A program made the position numbers and the translations under genes. From Squalus acanthias (taxonomy: Eukaryota), in contig CM059438.1 of NCBI GenBank assembly GCA_030390025.1, positions 79,546,001-79,610,000 of the forward strand: 64,000 nucleotides of DNA, read 5' to 3'. The notes beneath the pieces were generated by a model. That model was not told the DNA's origin. It made no database searches and saw nothing but the letters and a program-made list of their open reading frames with translations. Numbering within the stretch: the first letter of the stretch is position 1; every line of letters begins with the position of its first letter. Of this stretch, positions 1-12,860 are shown one piece after another.

Positions 1-272
1 GGGGAGGGAGGGAGGGAGGGGGTGAGTGGTGAGAGGGAGGGAGGGAGGGAGGGAGGGGGTGAGGGGTGAGAGGGAGGGAGGGAGAGGGAGGGAGGGAGGG
101 AGGGGTGAGAGGGAGGGAGGGAGGGGTGAGAGGGAGGGAGGGAGGGGTGAGAGGGAGAGGGTGGGAGGGGGGTGGGAGAGAGATGGATGGAGGGAGGGAG
201 GGGGTGGGAGAGAGATGGATGGAGGGTGGGAGAGGGAGGGAAGGGGCTGGGAGAGGGGGAGGGAGGGAGAGA
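1..272. repeat. Purine-rich low-complexity (GGGA/GAGG)n tract in a CRB2 intron
   Basis: Almost pure G/A run of gggagggaggga and ggggtgaga units. The G/R/E-rich ORFs over it are compositional artefacts. Confidence 0.95.
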
Positions 273-2030
273 GGGCGCCAGGTACACAGGTGGAGAAATC
301 AGTGGGTATTGTTAGATTAAGTTTTCACTTGAACTATTTTCTGCAGAAAAAAAAACACATGTTGCTAACGCCTTCCCTCTAAAATGTGTGCTGGTCAATT
401 TTTTAAGCTCCCGAACTGCAGCTGCCGCCTTTCAAAAATTAACACGGAAGTTTCAAGCTCCACTTAATAATGCGATTTTTGAAGTACATTAAACTCAAAT
501 TAATTGCTCAAACTTTTTTTTTTTAGCAGTTTATTTGATTCAGCTTCCAGCATCTGTCATGTGATGCTACCTTTAACACACTTGGATTTACTTTAGCTTT
601 GTAACTTTTAATGATACACTCCGAATCCTCTGGAGGGTGTCTGGGGCCACTGTTTAATTTCTACAACCTATGATCGTTTTACCATCCAACGGCACCCACT
701 ATAAGTGGAGCGGACTGTTTTAGCAGCATAATGCCGACCCTGTACCAACCACTGTACACATCCACCCTCCCTCCACGCAGTTACAATACCTTCCTGGCGT
801 CACTCTCCGTAGGCTTGTCGGAGAGTAATTGGGAATCCAAAGACCCTTTTTATTGCACGTGTGTGGTGTGAGGACATCATTACAGGACTCCACTTCCACT
901 GGAACATTCTCAATTGGGCGGCTTTGAAGCTTTTGGCATCATGAAGATACCCAAACTGGCTATGGATGCTTTGTGGGTCAGCTGCAGAGCCACTACACCC
1001 AGCAGCAGCTGACATCACCTATGATAAAAAATGGTTTACATTGTTTATAGGGGGAAAAAAATAAGAGAATGTTGATCAGTAGATTCCCTTTCGCTCTTAT
1101 GAAATAGTAACATGGATTTTTGTATTTAAGGCTTCTTCCTCTTTTCCAGCTGAAAACAATGTCCAAAGAATTAACTGCGAGATTCCCAAAGCACTTCCGG
1201 GAATGGTTGTTTACTTTACAAACTTCTTTTTGCATGTGCTTCAACTGCCCAATGAGGATACATAGCTGTTGTTAGTTTTTTTTTTTAATTATTTACTTTC
1301 AGTGATCACACCATCCTGATTATAGCAAAAAAAACCCCACATCAGGTTAAATATAATAGGCAAAATAACAGCAAAATCGAGGTAATTTCTTGTATTCAAA
1401 GAAAACCTTTTCTGTTTTGCCATTTTTATCCAAACAACAAATTGACAGATAACAGGCTCTGTAAAGAACAGGAATTGAACTGCAATGAGCAAAAATCAAT
1501 AGTAGCTCGCCAGTCACTGAGATTGTTAACCAACAGAAATTGAGAAAAGTGAGAAACAGATAATATATTGTGAATAGGCAAGCAGATTGTGGCCTGGAAC
1601 ACAAGGCAAGAGAATGTGGTGAATAAAGTTTGATACAGAATAAAGTTATCAGGGAAGTACCATGCACATAGCTGCAGCTTTGGTCTGTAGGAATGTGAGA
1701 CAAACACAAGTTCTGAGCTGAAGTTATGGTTTATTTAGAGAGAAATTACAGGTAAATATTTGGTTTATCTTTAAGGAGTATTAAAGAGTGCCGGCACAGA
1801 CACGATGGGCCAAATGGCCTCCTTCTGTGCCGTAAATTTCAATACTTCTATGATTAAACTGATCTCGTCAACTTTCAAAAGAAAATGACCATTGAATGCT
1901 GAACGAAGTATTCGTTTAATCACCCATGAACTAATTCATGAAATTAACTTATTCCCCCACCCGAAATCATTTGGTATTCTCGATACATTTTCAAACATTC
2001 AACAAATCCATTTTCTTCTCCCTTCTGCAG

Positions 2031-2590
2031 AATACATCCCTGCGACATTCAGCAATAAGAATTCAAGCAGCTCTGCCTCTTTTATTATCACGGATGATCC
2101 TGGCACAAAATTTGTTATTTCTTTTTTCATTCGCACACTAAAGGCAGATGGCTTCATATTACAACTCAGCAAGGGGGAAACTCCTTATCTCACAATATAC
2201 CTGAACAACAGCAGAATTTGTATTGAGACAAAAACTACGATGATAGAGTCATCTATGAACCTCGCCGATGGCATCAAACGACTGATAGAAATTCGCTTTG
2301 ATGAAGCCTGGGTGACTGTTAGCGAATCAGATGTTATCTTGCTAGATTTTCTATTGTCTTCTGTGAAGATTCAACCATTCGACATTGTCCACATTGGTCA
2401 AGGTCCGAATGAGGAGTCTGCTGCATGGGGAGGAGCTTTCAAGGGCTGCCTGCAGGACATAAGGCTCAACGATAACCAACTGGAGTTTTACCCACTGGAA
2501 ATCTGGAATTACACCTCACCACTGGGTGTTTACAACAATAAAACACTTGTAAATGTGATCAAGGATTGCATCAGTGATAATTCTTGTGTG
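2031..2590 (+). CDS. CRB2: Crumbs homolog 2, internal exon: laminin G domain (second LamG) and start of an EGF
   Basis: Acceptor ttttcttctcccttctgcag|AATAC, donor GTG|gtaaga. Peptide EYIPATF...SSASF...PG...SFFIRT...WGGAFKGCLQDIRLN...CISDNSCV is a Crumbs LamG, closer to CRB2 than CRB1 as recalled. Phase 1 in, phase 0 out. Confidence 0.93.
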
Positions 2591-2789
2591 GTAAGAAAAG
2601 AACTTGTCTGTCTACTTTATGTGACCAATGGTTTTAGGTTTATATATCGTTTAAAATGAAGGATGCTGTGCTACTACTCTACAAATTAGTAGTTTTCTGT
2701 TTGAATAGGTAAAAGTAGCATGTTAATCATGTCTCTCACAAACATCGCAAAGTGTTTCATAAACAGTGATTTTTTTTTTTGAAATGCAA

Positions 2790-3105
2790 TCACTATTATG
2801 TAGGGATAGACAGCAGCCAATTTGGCACGACGAGATACCATAATGATGAATGTGTAATGAGATGAATAACTATTTAACCTTCTGGTGGTACTGGTTGGGA
2901 GGGAATGTTCCATAGGATCTTTAATGTCAACCTGAACAAGAGAAACAGGAATACAAGGCCTTGGTTTAATGTCTCATTTGAAGGACGGCACCTCTAACAA
3001 TGTAACGCTCTTCCAAGCCTAGTTTAATGTGTTCAAATCCTGGAGTGGGGCTTGAATCCAAAACATTTGAGCTCAAGAAACAAGAGTGTTATCAACTGAG
3101 TCAAG
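2790..3105 (-). mobile_element. Degenerate Deu-type tRNA-derived SINE
   Basis: Diverged match to the SINE copies at 5995, 30331 and 55829 (ggatctttaatgtc, ggtttaatgtctcatttgaaggacggcacctc, ggagtggggcttgaa). Confidence 0.7.
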
Positions 3106-3192
3106 CTACTTATTGTGAAAATTGGACTGGAAAATAAAAGGGAAGAAAATAAACATGTAAAAGTTAAAGTAAGTAAATATCAAATTTAAAAG

Positions 3193-3405
3193 TACAGGAA
3201 ACTTTCGTTTATCCGGCACCCAAATATCCGGAATTCTCGCTTAACCGGCAAAAATCATCCTCCGAAAACTCCTCTCAAATAACCGGCAATGTTGCCGAGC
3301 CACAGTCGAGTCTCCGCGAACGCCGAGTGCTCCGAAAACTCCTCTCAAATAACCGGCAATGTTGCCGATCCCGAGTCCGAGTCCGAGTCCGCGAACGCCG
3401 ATTTA
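3193..3405. mobile_element. Probable Tc1/mariner-pogo (Tigger-like) DNA transposon end with an internal direct repeat
   Basis: Begins TA-CAG...ttcgtttatccggcac, a Tigger-like terminus. CpG-rich. The 39-bp ctccgaaaactcctctcaaataaccggcaatgttgccga occurs at ~3260 and ~3330. No matching right TIR found. Confidence 0.45.
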
Positions 3406-4170
3406 GTCAGTAGGGGTACTTTTCAAAAGTGCCACTACTCGGCCACCTGGCGCTGTCGGAAGTCCTATCTCTATTTGTGCAGACTGACTATGTGGAAAGT
3501 TGGCCAATTTTTAATCTCTTTCCTTAGCAGTGGTGAAATAGTGCAATAGTTATGGGTAATTCAAAAGAGAGGGTGTTATCCAAAATATATGAATTTCCCA
3601 GCAAATTTTCATTTTATTTTTAATGTTTTCCTAGAACCTGAAAAATGTTAAGCTTTTACTAAAGGAGATGCTTGTTTCAAGGCAACACCGAGTCCCCTCT
3701 AATCTTCCACACTTGTTCATGTATTGTTGGTGTTAGATCCATGTTGTAGGTTGGAGTATTGCAACAAGTAAACATTGTTAGCTCGTAGTCTGGTTAAACT
3801 ACCCCTGCTGGGTGTGAGCTGAAACTTTCTCCAAAAAGCATAGCTGTGAATTTGAGAGAGATTCACTCTCATTGCACTGGCATTTTCAAACACAAAAGTA
3901 AAACTGATCCTTGCACATTCTCATTACAATCTATTAACAAAAGAAAGATTTGCATTTATATAGCGCCTTTCATGGAATCAGGATGTCCCAAACCACTTTA
4001 CAACCAGTTAAGTACTTTTGAAGTGAAGTCGCTGTTGCAATGTAGGAAACATAAACTAAATTATATATTGTACTCAGATAGTGTAGTTACTACTGACAGA
4101 TGTGACAAAACGATATATAGTGAAAAAGAAATTGGTTTGTGTGACCGACATACTTATTGCTTTTATGCAG

Positions 4171-4336
4171 GATGTTCCTTGCCAAAATGGAGGCAATTGT
4201 ACTGTGACGTGGAACGATTTTGAATGTAAATGTCCACAGGCGTTCACTGGAAGAACCTGCGCGGAGAAAGTGTGGTGCGAGACTGATCCATGCCCTGCAG
4301 GATGTCACTGTCAGAACCTTCCAGGTGGATATGAAT
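4171..4336 (+). CDS. CRB2: CRB2 internal exon, EGF-like repeats
   Basis: ttttatgcag|GAT ... GAAT|gtaaga. Peptide [61 protein letters not shown] is CRB2-like. 166 nt, phase 0 in, phase 1 out. Confidence 0.95.
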
Positions 4337-4724
4337 GTAAGAACTGCAAGAATTCATTTAATTGTACAAGCAAATATTCAGATACTAGGAAACATTAAAA
4401 ATATAGACTTTTTAAAATCTATTGCAAGTTTTAAAACCTAAAACTTCAAAGTACACACTACACTGAATTAAGTTCTTTATTTTAAACTTCCATTTTTCTT
4501 TCTCATCTCCCTATACAATGCACTGACAAAGGATGAGGAGAGAATGGGAAGATCTGATTTTAGTTGTCTGCTAACATTACTTTGCCTTGGTTGGTAGGAT
4601 TTGCAGAAGAGTGACTTAGGGCTAAATTTCCTTCTCATTTTCTTTCTTCCACTATGGAACAGTTCCTGGATTCGGCTCACCTCCCAACAGCTGACATCAG
4701 GAATTCAGATGAAATCAAACCAGT

Positions 4725-4971
4725 GGCCCATCAGGGTGTGCCCTATACTCTGAGAGGCCAGGGCCCATCAGTGTGTGCCCTATACTCTGAGAGGCCAGGG
4801 CCCATCAGGATGTGCCCTATACTCTGAGGCCAGGGCCCATCAGTGTGTGGCCCTATACTCTGAGAGGCCAGGGCCCATCAGGATGTGCCCTATACTCTGA
4901 GAGGCCAGGGCCCATCAGTGTGTGGCCTATACTCTGAGGCCAGGGCCCATCAGGGTGTGCCCTATACTCTG
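4725..4971. repeat. Minisatellite, ~7 copies of a 35-38 bp unit
   Basis: Unit ggcccatcag(g/t)(g/a)tgtgccctatactctgagaggccag repeated head-to-tail with small indels. Confidence 0.95.
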
Positions 4972-5994
4972 GAAGGCTAAAATAATGCACCAGCTTCAAG
5001 AGAACTTCTTTCAAAAAAAGTGACAAAATGCTATTCTCATTTTAGACTTAAAAACAATTTGGGATGGAATAATTAAGCAACATAGGGAAAAATTCCCATT
5101 TGCTACTTGTAACAAAGTTGTAAATGTAACTGTAAAGAATAGCAAACAGGGGGGAAATCATCCCCCAAGGACAGTACCGTGAAATCTTACATTTTAAGTT
5201 TTTTTCCTTTCCTACAGATTTCCCATTCTTGCACCATTTTCCAGATTAAGGGAGCAAAAGCGACTGGCACAAGCCTGAGAACTGTCCCTGATAATTCAGC
5301 AACTGACTTTCTCTTCTTCCCTGTGGGAAAGTACGAAGCCTACACTTGGGTGCTTCCCCTAACAGGAAGAACAGAAACTTGGCATGTGGAAAACTGCCAC
5401 TGATACTGAATGTCCAATATTAAAATCAGCTTTGTTATAATTGAATGTGACCACATCAGGAATGTCAATCGACAGTCCGACGAACTAAAGAAAGCAGTAA
5501 CAACTGACTTTTAACTAGAATGGATTACCCTGAAATTACTAGATGGGGCATTCAAGGTATACCCGAGCCAAAGGATCAACTACATTCTCCATTTCTTCAG
5601 ATTGTCAGTCTGAACTAAAGTAGACCATGGCCCCCTGAAAGAAAGACTGAAATATAAGACTGTTTCCAATAGCTGAACTGAAATGAAAAAATGTAGAGAT
5701 TCAACCAGTACAGAGAGATAAAGTACTTTGTGACCGCAAGGTATCACTTCTCAATGACCCCTGTGAGACATTCTGCTGTTCCTTATGGGCTAAACAGAGG
5801 CAGATTAATCCCCACGTTTTCTGTCTGAATGGCTGGTGAATTCACTAGAACAGGAGTATCCTTCCATTCAATAATATATTAAATAAATCAATACATTGGA
5901 TTTGTCCCTCCATAAACAGAATTTCATATCCAAATTCCCCATATTTTCATACTTGTATTTTAAAAAATAAAATTGGACGAAAATCCCACCCAGA

Positions 5995-6420
5995 AAGAAA
6001 GACTTGCATTTATATAGCGCCTTTCACGGCCTCAGGACGTCCCAAAGCGCTTTTCTTCTGAAGCGGAGTCACTGTTGCAATTTAGGAAACGCGGCGGCTA
6101 ATTTGCGCACAAGGTCCCCCAAAGAGCAATGTGATAATGACCAGATAATCTTGCTCTCGTGATGTTGGTTGAGGGATGAATATTGGCCAGGACACCGGGG
6201 AGAAATCCCCTGCTCTTCTTTGAAATAGTGCCCTGGGATCTTTTACGCCCAGCTAAAGGGGCAGACGGGGCCTCATTCGAAAGACGACACTTCTGACAGT
6301 GCAGCACTCCTCAGTACTGCACTGGGAGTGTCAGCCTGGATTATGTGCTCCAATCTCTGGAGTGGGGCTTGAACCCACAACCGTTTGACTCAGAGGCAAG
6401 AGTGCTACCACTGAGCTAGG
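5995..6420 (-). mobile_element. Deu-type tRNA-derived SINE (SacSINE1/AmnSINE-like), near full length
   Basis: L2-like tail aaagacttgcatttatatagcgcc. Deu core ggccaggacaccgggg...gaaatagtgcc..gggatcttttac. tRNA-like head with A and B boxes on the - strand. Confidence 0.85.
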
Positions 6421-6758
6421 GCTGCTTTTCACAAAGCCTTGCAAAAAGATTCGGGTGTCCTTAAAGCAACTTATTGGACTGCAGCCTTTTCTTCATATCA
6501 TTTGAACTTTGGGTTAAAATATAACAATTTAACCAATGTAATATGGGTAGGTATTTCCATCAAAAACATTAACCAAACTGGAAGCAGTTAGTTCCCAATG
6601 TGCCAACCGTTAGTTGCACAGATCTTTGTTTCTTCAAAAGCAGATCCTTGTGTCAGGAAGGTGAGGTTGTGGAAGGGATCCAAAGGCGGGGATGAATCAG
6701 CAGCGCAGGTTTCAATGAGATAATTTAATGTATCTTCTATTTTTGTGGATTTTCACAG

Positions 6759-7626
6759 GTCATGCTAATGCAACATTTCAAGGTGAAAATCCAATTGTAT
6801 ACATTGGCAACAAGTTAATCACAAGAGATCTCATAAGCATTTCCATGGACTTCAAAACCAGAGATACGGATGCTGTTCTGCTGCAGGCCAGCAATGGTGC
6901 CGATTCTGTTTGGTTTGGTTTCCACAATTCGCAGTTGCAGTTCAGATTGTATAGTGGGAACAGTGTGGAAGGCCTCACTCTCTTGAGTAACATCAACATC
7001 TCAGATGGACAGTGGCATTCAGTGCTCATTGCGATGGTGGAGCCTTTTGTGATGTCGTCAAAGTGGATCATTATTGTTAATGGAAATTCCAATTTTACCA
7101 GCACAGTCACTGCTGGGAACTTAAATTTTCTTCGAGACAATGTGAATATAACACTAAGCAACAATTTTACAGGTTGTCTTGGAGTGGTTAAAATTGGTGG
7201 AATATATCTTCCTTACTTCAATCAACATTTTTTTACAAACACTGAACAGTTTGTTATAATGAGCGGTCCCCCGGCTCAAATTGGATGCTTTGGCACAGAG
7301 GTATGTTCCTCAAATCCATGCCAAAATAATGGAACATGCGAAGATCTATTTGACCTTTTCCAGTGCAATTGCATTGCAGGGTGGGAAGGCACAAGGTGTG
7401 AAATCAACATCGATGACTGCGTGTCCAGTCTCTGTATTCATGGTAATTGCAGCGATTTGGTGGAAGGCTACAAGTGTAACTGCGATCAGGGCTACACCGG
7501 AATGAACTGTGAGAATGATATAGATGACTGCATAAACCACACATGTAAAAACGGCGGGACCTGCGTTGACGGCATCAACTTGTACTTCTGCAACTGTCCA
7601 AACCAGTTCACTGGACAATACTGCGA
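6759..7626 (+). CDS. CRB2: CRB2 large internal exon: third laminin G domain plus three EGF repeats
   Basis: tttcacag|GTCAT ... TGCGA|gtaagc. Peptide (C)HANATFQ...FKTRDTDAVLL...ISDGQWH...FTGCLGVVKIGGIYLPY, then CSSNPCQNNGTC, DDCVSSLC and DDCINHTC EGFs. Phase 1 in, phase 2 out. Confidence 0.96.
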
Positions 7627-9292
7627 GTAAGCGTTCTGTTCTACATACTGGAAATCCTCAAATTGACCAAGGCATTTAAAACAACTAGCACCAAAGTAGT
7701 AGGAATTAAGAATAGGAATTGCTGCCTGACTCCTCTGATATCTAAGTTATCTTTGTCTGTGATTCCTACTACTTTAATGCTAGTTGTTTTAAAGGCCTTG
7801 CTCACTTCGGTTGATCATTGTAAATTCATGGTAAAGCAGAGACAGATACATGAGCCTACCTGTCTTTGGCTGAGTTCTTGCACCATCAGTATTCACTACA
7901 AGCTGCTGTCTACATTTTCCTCTGGCCAATGTGTACAAATCTTTATGGTACCAGACATGACGACATCTTTTTGATCTGGTCAGTTCTCGGTTAGTGTCCC
8001 ACCACAGGACTAATATTTTATAACCCAGTCTTTCATCTGAACCCGTGCCCTGCCAATTCTTCCAGCAGAGTCATGGAACAGTCTCAAAATTGCTCATCGA
8101 ATTCCTAAATGGAGGTATTTGAAGATAGTGTTGTAAGGAATTAAATGGAAAGAAAGCAGAATTTTAAAGCAATACATTAGTAACTGAAGAATTTAAAGAT
8201 TTTATCTGATTCTTCCATTGTTAATGATTGTTTACAGATTTGACATTCAATGAAGGTGAGCTGTTTTAATTTAAATATACCTAGTACTTGACCGATAAAC
8301 TCATTTAAATTGTTTTATTTGTACCCTGATGTATGTGACAAATGAAATGGATACATACAAGTAAAAGTCTAGGAAGGAAACAAATTCTTTACAATTTTAG
8401 TAAAGTACTAAATTTATAAAATACTGAAAAATTCCCTTCCCAAGTTTGTGATTTAGAATTACAAATTCTCCAGCACAAGTAGTACCACTGTATACTATAA
8501 ATCTGAGCTTCAGATATAGAATTCCTGGTCAATACAAGCGATGCTGGCTTAGCTTTTTCCATATATTTGAGGTCTCTCCTCATAGAAAAATCAAAGCATT
8601 TGAGGCACTGCAGAATATCTGGTTGTAAAACCATGAAAATATTGGCGCATGTATTACATCGGAGTATAGAACAGCAACGGGATCAGAAAAATTCATTCAC
8701 ATTAAATTAATGGAAATTCTCAGCACTTTATTAGCCAGGGTACCACGAGGATGGATAGTACCATATCCCAATATAAATTACTGTGTTTGGCAGGGGTGGG
8801 GAAGAGAGAGATAAGGAGAGAATATCAGGGAAGCATTGGAGAAAAAGAATTGGACTATAATTCTTTATTTAAACTTAAAACTAAACCATCAATACCTTTG
8901 AAAACACAAGTGAATTAGAAAAAACTTTAAGTACACAATGGGAGAATTCACTAATATCACATCTGTCCTTGTGGTGAGCTGTTCTGTCTGCTCTAAACTG
9001 ACAAGTTGTATGTCTATTATATAGAAAGGTTAATATTAGCAGGACGAGCTGATATTTAGCTTCCAGCGTCTCAGGCAGGGATAGAATCTGAATAAATTAT
9101 GTGTTTCTCTCACAAAACTGGTGTTGTATGCTGTACAAATAGCATACAGCTGACAGGAGACAAATGACACAAAAATATGTGGTGCATACTGAATACTCAA
9201 GAGTCTATTGTACTTGTGTTTTTGTGCATGAAACAGCCCTTGTAGTGAAATCTAATTTGCTTGTGAATGAAAAGCATTCTTAATTTTTTCAG

Positions 9293-9409
9293 ATGGTTGT
9301 ACCCACCAGTCAAGTGTGGAGAGAGTTTCAGCTGTAACAATGGAGGGCTTTGCACTGATGGATTCTGGGGTGCCAATTGTACCTGCATGCCAGGCTTTAC
9401 CGGAGAAAG
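9293..9409 (+). CDS. CRB2: CRB2 internal exon, EGF-like repeat (missed by the ORF track)
   Basis: taattttttcag|ATGG ... GAAAG|gtaatg. Translated by hand: (E)WLYPPVKCGESFSCNNGGLCTDGFWGANCTCMPGFTGE(R). 117 nt, phase 2/2, matching both neighbours. Confidence 0.93.
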
Positions 9410-10143
9410 GTAATGACAGTCATTAAGGCCCAACAAATCTATTACTCACTTGGTTTCCCTATTTTAATAAATGAATTTGCTTCTTGTCTTGGTGTGGTGT
9501 CACAGTTCATATCTTATTAGTGCTTTTGGAACTCTAATGTATTTTAGTTTCTTACTACGTGTGGTTGGTTGCACAAATGTGGGGAGCCTATTCAGAAGGT
9601 GGGTATGAGTAAGCAGATGGGTATGGCTGGAGGGGAGGGGTTAATGCCAAGATAAAAAGGACACAACAGTGTAAAGACATTTCCCATTAATATTTTGCAC
9701 TGTTTGCAAAAAATATACAGAAACTTTTCAAACATCACCCAGCAAAATTTCAAAGCATTACACTGTTTACCTGCAATTCCTAACTTGTATAAGTTAACAT
9801 GTCTAGATATCTTATCATTAGAGAGAAGATCAAGAGGAGAGAATATTCAGGTTGTTAAAACACTGTTCAACAGCATCTATAAAAGTGTTATTTTCACAAA
9901 TTTCACAGCTACCATTTTTCATGAAAATAAAGGCCGTATGAATGTTTGTCCTGGCAAGAATATGGTAGGTGTGAAAATTTAAATATGTAATACTGCCCTG
10001 AGTTCCTTCTAATAAAAATTTTCCTTGGTATATTCCCATTTTTCAGAAATACGTTTTCTATTAACTTGGACTGTGTTTTCAACGCTAAAAATACACCCCT
10101 ACAATGCTAACAAACTTCAAGTAAGACTAGACAGTAGAGCAAT

Positions 10144-10507
10144 AGCAAAATACTGCGGATGCTGGAAATCTGAAATAACAACAGAAAATGCTGGAAGCAC
10201 TCAGCAGGCCAGGCAGCATCCGTGGAGAGAGAAACAGAGTTAACGTTTCAGGTCTGTGATCCTTCATCAGAACTGAAAAAGGTTAGAGATGTAACAGATT
10301 TTAAGCAGGTGCAGAGACAGGGAAAGTGGGGTGGGGGGAGGAAGGAATTGAAGGAATAGTCTGTGCTAAGGTAGGAGGCAGGAGTGGTTAAATGTTGCAA
10401 ATGGGGATGGCAGAATCACCAACAGCCGCCTGAAAAAAAGAGGGGCAGGGGTTATAGTCTGAAATTGTTGAACTCAATGTTGAGTCCAGAATGCTGTAAA
10501 GGCATAA
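10144..10507. mobile_element. Penelope-like retroelement fragment with a 13-bp target-site duplication
   Basis: The sequence aaatactgcggatgctggaaatctgaaata...gaaaatgctgga...ctcagcagg is a repeat I recognise as abundant in chondrichthyans. Flanked by acagtagagcaat at 10131-10143 and 10508-10520. Family assignment is from memory. Confidence 0.7.
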
Positions 10508-11477
10508 ACAGTAGAGCAATCTGCTGTGACGTTCCACAGAGGGAATCAAGACCAAGTGCAGTCTTCAGATGAAGCGGAATTAGAGGGTGGGGATCACTGG
10601 ACTAACACATGCAGATGTAAGATTTTTTAATAAGATAACAGATGTGGAATAAAATTTAATTAAAGTTAGTTATTCCTTTATTAATTAAACCCTTTAAAAC
10701 ATGGCTGTACGACTGTTCATTGTGAAAGGGGTAGAAACTTCTCGGTGATAAATATATCCATAATCAAACACTCTATATAGGACTGTGCCTTTAATCCTGT
10801 CCTGAACACAACAGTTTCATCTGTGGAAAGCAACAGGTTGTAATTAAATAATGGTGTCCTGGTGTTTTTCCACTTAATTGCTTCTGAGGTCAAGAAGAGG
10901 TTTTCTCTCGTTTTACCTAGTTACATGGTAAAAATATAAATTTGGGGAGTCCAAGACAATAGAAATTGTATTTGGTTGGTTAGAAGCAGAAGGTTCATTG
11001 GCCTGAAAGACCTTTTGTTGATCCTTATTTTTAAACTGAGCAACTTTACCATAAACTATGCATCTCAAATATCGTGCACCCTTTTGCTGTATAATTGCTA
11101 GGTATTATCAGAATGCTAATATTGAGGCAGCATTTAATAGTCATGTTAGACAACATCAACTTTTAGAAATTCGAAATGATAGAAAATATGAAAATCAGGT
11201 TTTCCCATTCACTGACATAGTTTTAGGCCTTGATCATTCCTACTCAAATAATTAAATAATAGTTACAAATTTTAATTGAAGATATGGAAATATTGTGCTT
11301 CCCTCATGGTTCAGTAAGTATATCCAGGAAGTATACAACAGAGAGGTCTCAGATCAATTCTCAAACTGTGCTGTTAGTCATTCTCAGCTGGGGTGTTGGT
11401 AGAGGTACTGCAATTGGCTTTAGTTCTCCTGGGTTAGGAAGGGGAAATTTGGCTCGGGTTTTCACTCCCAATTACTA

Positions 11478-12860
11478 TAGAATCATAGAATGATACAGCA
11501 CAGAAAGAGGCCATTTGGCCCAAAGTCCCTGTGCCGGCTCTTTGCAAGAGCTATCCAATTAGTCCCAAACCCTTGCTCTTTCCCCAAAGCCTTGCAAATT
11601 TTTCCCCTTCAAGTATTTATCCAATTCTCTTTTGAAGGTTGCTATTGAATCTGCTTCCACCACCCTTTCAGGCAGCGCGTTCCAGATCATAACAATGTTT
11701 TTCCCCCTCATCTCGCTTCTGGTTCTTTTGCCAATTACCTTAAATCTGTGTCCTCTGGTTACCAACCCTTCTGCCACTGGAAGCAGTTTCTCCTTTTTTA
11801 AGGAGAACCTTCGTGATTTTTGAACACCTCTACCAAATCTCCTCTTAACCTTCTCTGCTTTAAGGAGAAGAACCCAAGATTCTCTAGTCTTTCCATGTAA
11901 CTGAAGTCCCTCATTCCTGAAACCATTTTAGTAAATCTCCTCTGCACCCTCTCTAAGGCCTTGATATCCTTCCTAAAGTGTGGTGCCCAGAACTGGACAT
12001 AATATTCCAGCTGGGGCCTAACCCGTGTTTAATAAATGTTTATCATAACTTCCTTGCTTTTGTACTTTATGGTCCCGATCTTATCTCGGAGGTGAGGAGG
12101 GAGCATGGGGAACAATTTTGTGGTCGGGCTCAGGTTAATCCGAATTTAACGGCAGGACCTGATTACCATTTTTTGTCTCCGTTTCCCGGCTGCAGCCAGC
12201 CAGTTTGAGAAGCTGGCTCGTTGCCGGGGAGCAGAGAGGAGAGAGGGAGGGATCAGAAAGGCCAGACGGGATGGGGGGAGATTGGAGGTCAAAGGGGAGA
12301 TCGGCGGCCAGGGTCGGGGTAAGATCGGGGTCTGGAGCAGAGGGGAGATCAGAGGGCAGAAGGGAGATCGGAAGGGTTGGGTGGATGAAGCAGGTAAACT
12401 GGATCCAGCAGGTAAGTGGAAAGGCACTTGCCTCCTGGATCCAGCAGTCCTCGCATCCCTTTAGCTGCCAGGTTTCCCGAGGCCCGGGAAACCCGGCCGA
12501 CCAGGGTTAAATTTAAAATGGTGGTTAGTTCTGAGGCACGCAGCCTCATTAGAATATTTAACTGACCAACCCGCCTCCTGCGAGTGGGTTGATTGCTCGC
12601 CCCCATTCCACCTCCGTTAAAACTGGAAGTAGGTGGGTTGGGGTTGGGTTTCAGGTTTTTAGCATTTTTACATCCTACCCAGCCCAAACCCACACGTTTC
12701 TGGGGGTTAAAATTCCCCCCCCCCATAACACTATTTCTAAAGCCAAGCATCCCATATGCTTTTTTTTTTTAAACAGCCTTCTCAACTTGTCCTGCCACCT
12801 TCAAAGATTTGTGTATATACACTCTCAGGTCTCTCTGTTCTTGCACCCCCTTTAAAATTG
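11478..12860 (-). mobile_element. CR1 LINE 3' fragment, interrupted by a TIR element
   Basis: atagaatcatagaa tail. ORF TRGHRFKV...WNALPERVVEA. CR1 sequence stops at ~12070 and resumes at ~12725. Confidence 0.85.
12071..12724. mobile_element. GC-rich non-autonomous DNA element (MITE-like) nested in CR1
   Basis: Abrupt switch to GC-rich sequence inside the CR1. Ends ggtcccgatctta... and ...gttaaaattcccccc form imperfect TIRs. Confidence 0.65.

Noticed and set aside
26-382. G/R/E-rich ORFs
   Set aside because: Translation of a purine low-complexity tract.
7625-7630. In-frame stop right at the donor of the large exon (GAG TAA), which could give a secreted Crumbs isoform
   Set aside because: Any phase-2 GTAA donor gives this stop automatically. 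There is no independent evidence in the sequence.
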